Below, one piece after another: positions 36,819-43,078 of a DNA stretch of 43,078 nucleotides. Source of the DNA: a virus (lineage: Duplodnaviria > Caudoviricetes); IMG/VR virus record IMGVR_UViG_3300032291_000953, positions 1 through 43,078 of that record; one strand, written 5' to 3'. A model generated the notes under the pieces. That model saw nothing but the letters and a program-made list of their open reading frames with translations. It searched no databases and had not been told where the DNA came from. A program made the position numbers and the translations under genes. Each line of letters starts with the position of its first letter. The first letter of the stretch is position 1.

Positions 36819-37102
36819 ACTTCCTCCGTTTGTTCTAATAAGTGTTGAGCAATCTCGTAAAAGTTAACTTCTGAAACAAAAGCCATTGCATAGCCATAAG
36901 ATAAAGAACCATATTTACACTCATCGCCTATGCCCATTTCTACATAATCTTTGAGGATTTTTGAAACTTCATGAGGGTCGGTTTCAACTGTGTCAATGTC
37001 CCTTAAAGTCAAACCATCAAACACCTCAAGATTGATCCTCCATGTGGCGTAGTTATGCCAGCCGTTATATTTTTCCATTTGATCTCTTTCGTATTTACTC
37101 AT
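36815..37102 (-). CDS. Conserved early phage protein
   Basis: YNGWHNYATW...VNFYEIA motif. Confidence 0.7.
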   Translation of the reverse strand: MSKYERDQMEKYNGWHNYATWRINLEVFDGLTLRDIDTVETDPHEVSKILKDYVEMGIGDECKYGSLSYGYAMAFVSEVNFYEIAQHLLEQTEEV

Positions 37103-37398
37103 ACTTGCTCCTTGGTTAGGTTGTTATCCTTAATGTAGGCTAGAACTTCGTTTAAATCGTCCGACTCCATAAGGTGATCTGAGTCACCGTATTCACCAAC
37201 TACTAAAACAAACTGTTTGCCTCCGCACTCCCTCTCTTCGGGGTTTGATTCTTGAAACCAAATGCGGAGCATCTTGTTATCACCTAAAAGATAATCTAAG
37301 GAAGGACAAGAGTCGTTGTGCCATGAGTTGTCCTCCCAACCTTTACCCAAGTCGGGTAAGTCATAAGCAAAATCGGGGAATTCGTTCTTATAGGTCAT
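37099..37398 (-). CDS. Conserved early phage protein
   Basis: EFPDF...WEDNSWHNDSCPS motif. Confidence 0.7.
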   Translation of the reverse strand: MTYKNEFPDFAYDLPDLGKGWEDNSWHNDSCPSLDYLLGDNKMLRIWFQESNPEERECGGKQFVLVVGEYGDSDHLMESDDLNEVLAYIKDNNLTKEQV

Positions 37399-37589
37399 GA
37401 TATTGACTCCTCCCAGTTTAAAACCGCTAGTTCTAAGGCTTGCTGATGACTCAACGGCTCATTACCTAAAGCGGTTCTTTGTTTATCTGAATACTCTCCA
37501 TCACTATCATGAGCGACAAGCATAGTAATCAATTGATCTCTGTCGAGTCTGTGCAAGTCTTCCAAGGTGCAATCTGTTAAATGTTTCAT
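37395..37589 (-). CDS. Hypothetical early protein (start MKHLTD approximate)
   Basis: Part of track ORF 37395..37628. Confidence 0.55.
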   Translation of the reverse strand: MKHLTDCTLEDLHRLDRDQLITMLVAHDSDGEYSDKQRTALGNEPLSHQQALELAVLNWEESIS

Positions 37590-37591
37590 AG

Positions 37592-37846
37592 TTATTCTTC
37601 CTCTCCGTTGTTTGCGTATTTCTTCCATGTATCAGGATAAAAGTCTAATAATTCCCAAGGGTTGCAATACTTCCATAAATCAAGCCAATTCAACTTGAGC
37701 AAGTAAACCTCATGCTCCATAAGATCAGATGACTCTGAAAATATATCTTCAGGGTCATCGTCTAAATGAAAAGAATTACCCTCTTCAACAAGTTCCTCAA
37801 TAAAATCCCTTACATCGTCAGGGCATTCAAATTTATATCGTTTCAT
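37592..37846 (-). CDS. Acidic early protein
   Basis: Start MKRYKF after RBS AGAGGAG; SFHLDDDPEDI motif. Confidence 0.65.
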   Translation of the reverse strand: MKRYKFECPDDVRDFIEELVEEGNSFHLDDDPEDIFSESSDLMEHEVYLLKLNWLDLWKYCNPWELLDFYPDTWKKYANNGEEE

Positions 37847-38414
37847 AATTTCTCCTCTTTGCAATACATTGATAAAAACTACATATTGATAATATACACC
37901 CAAACCAAAGTCAAGGGCAATTCCCGACTAAAGTTTGGGGTTATTACTCAAAGGCCCTACTTATTCGCCCGACTCCTTTTGATCAAACAAAGCCTTGACG
38001 ATGCAATCAGCCATGATCAATTTGCTATGAGTAGGCAACTCTGGGAAGTACTCAACTACATAGGCATAAGCCATCTTTAAGCGAATCTCTGAGCGGTCTT
38101 CTATTACTGGGTTTTGTGTGTTTGTATCCAAGATGTTTAATCTCCATTAGGTTTAAAAGGTGCTACATACATAAGACGATCGACTTGCCAATTACTTAGG
38201 GTCAATCCTCTTATCTATAAAGACGAGCAAGAATGGAAAAGGTCAGGGTAAGCCTTGAAATAAATTTTGCTGCCGAGCAAATGGCAAACGAAAAAGCCCG
38301 ATAGCCTTACTGGAGAACGGCTTAGATACTTATGCAGTAGGAGAGAAGAGAGAGCATAGGAGACTTACTTAGGCATGAGAGTCCACAGAAAAACAAAGCA
38401 TCGCCTTTTAAGTA

Positions 38415-38462
38415 CTGTACATTTATACAGCTTAGCCAGGAAAGCACTGTATACATATACAG
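38415..38462. promoter_or_regulatory. Tandem LexA (SOS) boxes upstream of terS
   Basis: CTGTACATTTATACAG (38415-38430) and CTGTATACATATACAG (38447-38462). Confidence 0.8.
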
Positions 38463-38507
38463 GGTTTATGCTATGATCTACCCAATACCAAATAAATACC
38501 CTATTGA

Positions 38508-39287
38508 ATGAAACCTCAACGATTAACTAGGAAACAGATTAGCGAGCAGTTGGACAATGTTCCAGCCCATCAGATATTGAGCAACAAAAGGAATCTAACC
38601 TATAAGCAGAAACAGTTTTGTAAGGGTTTAGTAGAGGGATTAACTAAGACTGAGGCAATGGCTAAAGCATACAAATACACAGGAAAGCGTAAGACTATGT
38701 CAGACGATGCGAGTAGATTGTCAAATGACCCCCGAATCATCGCTGAGGTCGAGGCTTTAGAGAGGGCTAAGAACTATCTGGATTATCAAGAGAACGCTCA
38801 AAAGATCGCTGAACTCCGTTCCCTTGTGGTTTCTCAGCTAACCAAGGAGGCTCTTGACCCTGAGAGTCCACCTAATGCAAGGATACAAGCCCTATCCAAG
38901 CTAGGATCGGTGTCAGAATTACAGGTGTTCACCGAACGCAAGATCGAGAAGACAATCATCAAGGACTCTGAGAGCGCTAAGGCTGAGCTAATGGCTAAGC
39001 TTAAGCAAGCGATGGCGGATAACATGCGGACAGTCGATGAGCTTGACGATTCGGACGAGCTACTAGCTATCATTAAGAGCGGTAAGCCCGACCCCATCGC
39101 AAATGCTGAGTATTCCGACCCCACCGCAGCCCCACCAAGCCCTGTGGATGTTTTGACCACCGGTAATACACATAGTAATCCAGACACTCGATCACCAAAC
39201 AAAATGGGGGTACCCCTCGAAAACAAAAGCCATCTGGTAAATTTACCAGATACAGAAGACACCCCCCTAATGAAATCAAACACTTAG
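38508..39287 (+). CDS. terS: Terminase small subunit-like protein
   Basis: LTYKQKQFCKGLVEGLTKTEAMAKAY...ASRLSNDPRI HTH; upstream of terL. Confidence 0.7.
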   Translation: MKPQRLTRKQISEQLDNVPAHQILSNKRNLTYKQKQFCKGLVEGLTKTEAMAKAYKYTGKRKTMSDDASRLSNDPRIIAEVEALERAKNYLDYQENAQKIAELRSLVVSQLTKEALDPESPPNARIQALSKLGSVSELQVFTERKIEKTIIKDSESAKAELMAKLKQAMADNMRTVDELDDSDELLAIIKSGKPDPIANAEYSDPTAAPPSPVDVLTTGNTHSNPDTRSPNKMGVPLENKSHLVNLPDTEDTPLMKSNT

Positions 39288-39305
39288 GGGTGGGGGGTAT
39301 ATATT

Positions 39306-39497
39306 TTGAGTAAAGAGATAGATAACATCGTTAGAAAACAAGTGGAAAGAGACTTGGAAAAGTTCTACGCTATGAGTGAAGCAGATAAAGATGCCTATAT
39401 GGATAAGCTTCTACAAGACATGGAAGCTGGTAAACAAGCATCTGCTGAGATTCATACAGAAGCTCTAATCAAACGTTGTAGGGGTTTGAATGACTGA
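39306..39497 (+). CDS. Hypothetical protein
   Basis: Fills the gap between terS and the LexA-like gene; TTG start. Confidence 0.45.
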   Translation: MSKEIDNIVRKQVERDLEKFYAMSEADKDAYMDKLLQDMEAGKQASAEIHTEALIKRCRGLND

Positions 39498-39720
39498 GCG
39501 CCAGGCAATCGTTTACGAGATGATTGACGAATGGTGGAAAAAGTTTGGCTATGCGCCCTCTATAGATGATGTGATGCAACAGACCAAATTTAAGGGTAGG
39601 GGGCATACTCATAGAATCATGAAGCAACTCTGTGATCTGGGTCACTGTAAGAGACTTCCAAATCGGGCGAGAAGTATTAGACCGTCCTATATCCGTGTTC
39701 ATAAGCTAGAGATCGCATGA
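39490..39720 (+). CDS. LexA N-terminal DNA-binding-domain-like protein (no peptidase domain)
   Basis: MTERQAIVYEMI...GYAPSIDDV...KRLPNRARSI. Confidence 0.75.
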   Translation: MTERQAIVYEMIDEWWKKFGYAPSIDDVMQQTKFKGRGHTHRIMKQLCDLGHCKRLPNRARSIRPSYIRVHKLEIA

Positions 39721-41204
39721 ACATAGAAGAGATAATTAAGGGTTTACCCCCAGAAGAGCAATCTGCGTTAATGCTGATGGCGAAGGATTATGTAGACTCC
39801 CTAGGTAGGGAAAAAGCCCAAACCGACTTTATGGAGTTTGTCCATCAGATGTGGCCCGGCTTTGTAAACGGCCCCCATCATAAGATAATGGCAAAGAAGT
39901 TCCAAGATATAGCGGACGGTAAGTTAAAGAGACTGATTATCAATATGCCTCCCCGTCACACCAAAAGCGAGTTTGCATCCTATATGCTTCCCGCATGGTT
40001 CTTAGGAAAGTTTCCGTCTAAGAAGATTATTCAATGTTCTAATACGGCTGAATTAGCGGTTGGTTTTGGTAGGAAAGTGAGGAACCTAGTTGGTAGCGAA
40101 GCATACTCAAAGATTTTCCCAGATGTCGCTCTTAAATCTGATAGTAAGGCTGCTGGCCGTTGGGGTACTAATGCCAATGGCGATTACTTTGCTATTGGTG
40201 TTGGCGGTACTGTTACAGGTAAAGGAGCTGATCTGCTCATTATTGATGATCCTCACTCGGAGCAAGAGGCGGCGATAGCAGCCACTAACCCCGAAGTCTA
40301 CGATAAGGTCTATGAATGGTATTCATCAGGTCCTCGTCAGCGACTCCAACCAGGTGGTGCAATTATTGTTGTTATGACCCGCTGGAGTCTGAGAGACTTA
40401 ACGGGCAAGATTTTAAAGTCGTCTATGGAGCGGGACGGAGACGAGTGGGAGGTAATTGACTTTCCTGCAATTCTCCCAAATGAACAACCTTTATGGCCTG
40501 CATTCTGGCCGCTCAAAGAACTTCTTGCATTAAAAGAAGAACTTCCAGTAAGCAAATGGAACGCCCAGTATCAACAAAGTCCTACGAGTGAAGAGGGCGC
40601 CCTAGTTAAAAGAGAATGGTGGAAGATGTGGGAGAGCGACCGTCCTCCTAAATGTGAATTTATTATCCAATCTTGGGATACCGCATTTACCAAGAATGAG
40701 CGTTCAGACTACTCAGCCTGTACGACTTGGGGTGTCTTTTATCTAAATGAAGATGAAATGCAACCCAATATCATCTTGCTTGACGCATTTAAAGAGCGTA
40801 TGGAATTCCCGCAATTAAAGGAGCGAGCCATCCGCATGTATAGAGAATGGGAACCCGATGCGTTTATCGTCGAAGCTAAGGCGTCTGGCGCCCCGCTCAT
40901 ATTTGAGTTGCGTCGCATGGGTATCCCTGTATCAGAGTTTACACCTACTCGTGGCAATGATAAGATAGCCCGATTAAATTCGGTAACAGATTTGTTTGCT
41001 TCAGGCAAGGTGTGGGCGCCTGGAACAAGATGGGCTGATGAGGTAATGGAAGAGATGGCGGCATTCCCAAACTCGGATCACGATGACTTAGTGGACTCCT
41101 CCACACAAGCCCTGATTCGGTTTAGGAAGGGCGGATTTATTTCACTTCCATCAGACGAGCAAGATGAACCACAATTTTATAGACGCAAAGCTGCGTATTA
41201 CTAG
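39717..41204 (+). CDS. terL: Terminase large subunit
   Basis: MPPRHTKSE Walker A, LLIIDDPH Walker B, SWDTAF and HDDLVDS nuclease motifs. Confidence 0.95.
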   Translation: MNIEEIIKGLPPEEQSALMLMAKDYVDSLGREKAQTDFMEFVHQMWPGFVNGPHHKIMAKKFQDIADGKLKRLIINMPPRHTKSEFASYMLPAWFLGKFPSKKIIQCSNTAELAVGFGRKVRNLVGSEAYSKIFPDVALKSDSKAAGRWGTNANGDYFAIGVGGTVTGKGADLLIIDDPHSEQEAAIAATNPEVYDKVYEWYSSGPRQRLQPGGAIIVVMTRWSLRDLTGKILKSSMERDGDEWEVIDFPAILPNEQPLWPAFWPLKELLALKEELPVSKWNAQYQQSPTSEEGALVKREWWKMWESDRPPKCEFIIQSWDTAFTKNERSDYSACTTWGVFYLNEDEMQPNIILLDAFKERMEFPQLKERAIRMYREWEPDAFIVEAKASGAPLIFELRRMGIPVSEFTPTRGNDKIARLNSVTDLFASGKVWAPGTRWADEVMEEMAAFPNSDHDDLVDSSTQALIRFRKGGFISLPSDEQDEPQFYRRKAAYY

Positions 41205-41212
41205 GAACCAAT

Positions 41213-43078
41213 ATGGCCATTGATAAAGCACTATACCAAGCCCCAGTCGGAATCGACGCACTGGCAGAACAAGAACCTGATATGGAGATCGAGATTGTAG
41301 ATCCCGAATCAGTAACAATCGGTATAGATGGACTCGAAATTGAGATCGAACCAACCGAAGAAGGTGAAGATGACTTTGATGCCAACTTAGCTGAATTCAT
41401 GGATGAAGGTGAATTGTCTTCTATCGCTGGTGATTTGATCGGAGATTATGACAATGACATCTCTTCTCGTAAAGATTGGATTCAAACCTATGTTGACGGT
41501 TTAGAACTTCTTGGTCTAAAGATCGAAGAAAGAACTGAACCATGGGAAGGTGCTTGCGGAGTCTATCATCCACTTCTATCTGAAGCAGTAGTGAAGTTCC
41601 AAGCAGAAACCATGATGTCTACTTTCCCAGCTTCTGGTCCTGTAAAGACTCAGATTATTGGTAAAGAAACATCAGAAAAGAAAGATGCTGCTGAACGAGT
41701 AACGGCTGATATGAACTATCAGTTGACCGATGTAATGCAAGAATATCGCCCTGAGCATGAGCGTATGTTATGGAGCTTAGGTATTGCTGGTAACGCATTT
41801 AAGAAGGTGTACTTTGACCCTTCCTTAAATCGCCAAGTGTCAATGTTTGTTCCTGCCGAAGACATCGTGGTACCTTACGGCGCTTCAAACCTTGAGTCGG
41901 CAGAGCGTGTAACCCATGTTATGCGCAAGACTGAAAATGATTTACTCCGATTACAGCATTCGGGTTTCTACCGAGATATCGACTTAGGAACACCAGATAA
42001 TGTATTAGATGAAGTAGAGAAGAAGATTGCAGAAAAGCTTGGCTTTAGAGCAACTTCGGATGACCGCTACAAAGTATTGGAAATGCATGTTAATTTAGAT
42101 TTAACTGGTTACGAGCATACCGATGACGAAGGTGAACCTACTGGTATCGCCCTTCCCTATGTAGTAACAATCGAAAAAGGATCGAATACGATTTTAGCGA
42201 TCCGCAGAAATTGGAACCCAGATGATGAGACTAATAAAAAGCGTCAGCACTTTGTTCACTACGGGTATATTCCCGGCTTTGGTTTTTACTGTTTTGGCCT
42301 TATCCATCTTATCGGCGCTTTTGCTAAATCTGGTACTTCCATTTTGCGCCAACTCGTTGATGCAGGATCACTCTCGAATTTGCCAGGTGGCTTTAAGACC
42401 CGTGGATTGCGAGTCAAAGGTGATGACACACCGATAGCCCCAGGTGAGTTCCGTGATGTAGACGTTCCATCAGGCACGATGAAAGATAACATCATGCCGT
42501 TGCCATACAAAGAACCGTCAATGGTTTTGGCTGGATTGCTTGATAAGATTGTTGACGAAGGTCGTCGCTTTGCTTCTGCTTCCGATATGAAGGTTGCGGA
42601 TATGTCAGGGAATACCCCAGTAGGGACAACCCTTGCAATTCTAGAAAGAACTCTAAAAGTAATGTCTGCGGTACAAGCCCGTATTCATTATTCAATGAAA
42701 CAAGAGTTCAAGCTATTAAAGAAAATTATCGCTGACTACACTCCAGAAGAGTATAGCTATGAGCCTTCAGAGGGTCGCCGTTCTGCTAAGCGTTCTGACT
42801 ACGATGATGTTGATGTCATTCCAGTAAGCGATCCTAACGCAGCAACGATGAGTCAGAAGATTATGCAGTATCAAGCTGCTCTTCAGTTGGCTCAGTCTGC
42901 ACCTCAGCTTTACAACATGCCACTACTACATCGTCAGATGTTAGATGTTCTTGGTTTAAAGGATGCTAATAAATTAGTACCAATGCCAGACGACCAAAAA
43001 CCAAGAGATCCAATCTCTGAGAATATGGCTGCATTTAAGATGGAACCACTCAAGGCATTTATTTATCAAGACCATGAA
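41213..43078 (+). CDS. Portal protein (P22-like), 3' truncated
   Basis: Open from ATG 41213 to the window end: MAIDKALY...RTEPWEGACGVYHPLLSEAVVKFQA...AFKKVYFD; follows terL. Confidence 0.85.
   Translation, partial: MAIDKALYQAPVGIDALAEQEPDMEIEIVDPESVTIGIDGLEIEIEPTEEGEDDFDANLAEFMDEGELSSIAGDLIGDYDNDISSRKDWIQTYVDGLELLGLKIEERTEPWEGACGVYHPLLSEAVVKFQAETMMSTFPASGPVKTQIIGKETSEKKDAAERVTADMNYQLTDVMQEYRPEHERMLWSLGIAGNAFKKVYFDPSLNRQVSMFVPAEDIVVPYGASNLESAERVTHVMRKTENDLLRLQHSGFYRDIDLGTPDNVLDEVEKKIAEKLGFRATSDDRYKVLEMHVNLDLTGYEHTDDEGEPTGIALPYVVTIEKGSNTILAIRRNWNPDDETNKKRQHFVHYGYIPGFGFYCFGLIHLIGAFAKSGTSILRQLVDAGSLSNLPGGFKTRGLRVKGDDTPIAPGEFRDVDVPSGTMKDNIMPLPYKEPSMVLAGLLDKIVDEGRRFASASDMKVADMSGNTPVGTTLAILERTLKVMSAVQARIHYSMKQEFKLLKKIIADYTPEEYSYEPSEGRRSAKRSDYDDVDVIPVSDPNAATMSQKIMQYQAALQLAQSAPQLYNMPLLHRQMLDVLGLKDANKLVPMPDDQKPRDPISENMAAFKMEPLKAFIYQDHE

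Noticed and set aside
37766-38080. 104-aa + strand ORF
   Set aside because: Overlaps an early gene in antisense and the divergent promoter region; no supporting signals.
1-43078. Stop-codon reassignment, reverse transcriptase/DGR, introns or inteins
   Set aside because: Genes are intact and densely packed in the standard code; no RT motif seen; terL and helicase are of ordinary length.

Overview
Most of a circularly permuted tailed dsDNA phage genome with P22/podovirus-like organisation. The host is probably a betaproteobacterium, inferred from CTGT-N8-ACAG SOS boxes and other operator-like motifs. Order: lysis cassette (Rz with embedded Rz1, a T4-T-like holin, GH19 endolysin); tail-hub protein; four ejection/internal virion proteins including a 1951-aa polyvalent protein; a phosphoesterase/zincin pair; a long leftward operon (Ref nuclease, ERF, SSB, Cas4-like nuclease, glycosyltransferases, methyltransferase, radical SAM); rusA; a 1.2-kb non-coding control region; a replication module (ParB-like, SF2 helicase, C5 methyltransferase with an overlapping gene, Toprim primase); leftward small early genes containing a hammerhead ribozyme; then terS, a LexA-DBD-like protein, terL and a truncated portal. 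No integrase, CI repressor, DNA polymerase, tRNA or CRISPR array was seen, and the capsid genes lie outside the window. The most unusual signal is a ~700-bp array of many different paired operator-like motifs (27554-28243). All family calls come from motif recognition by eye, not database searches.
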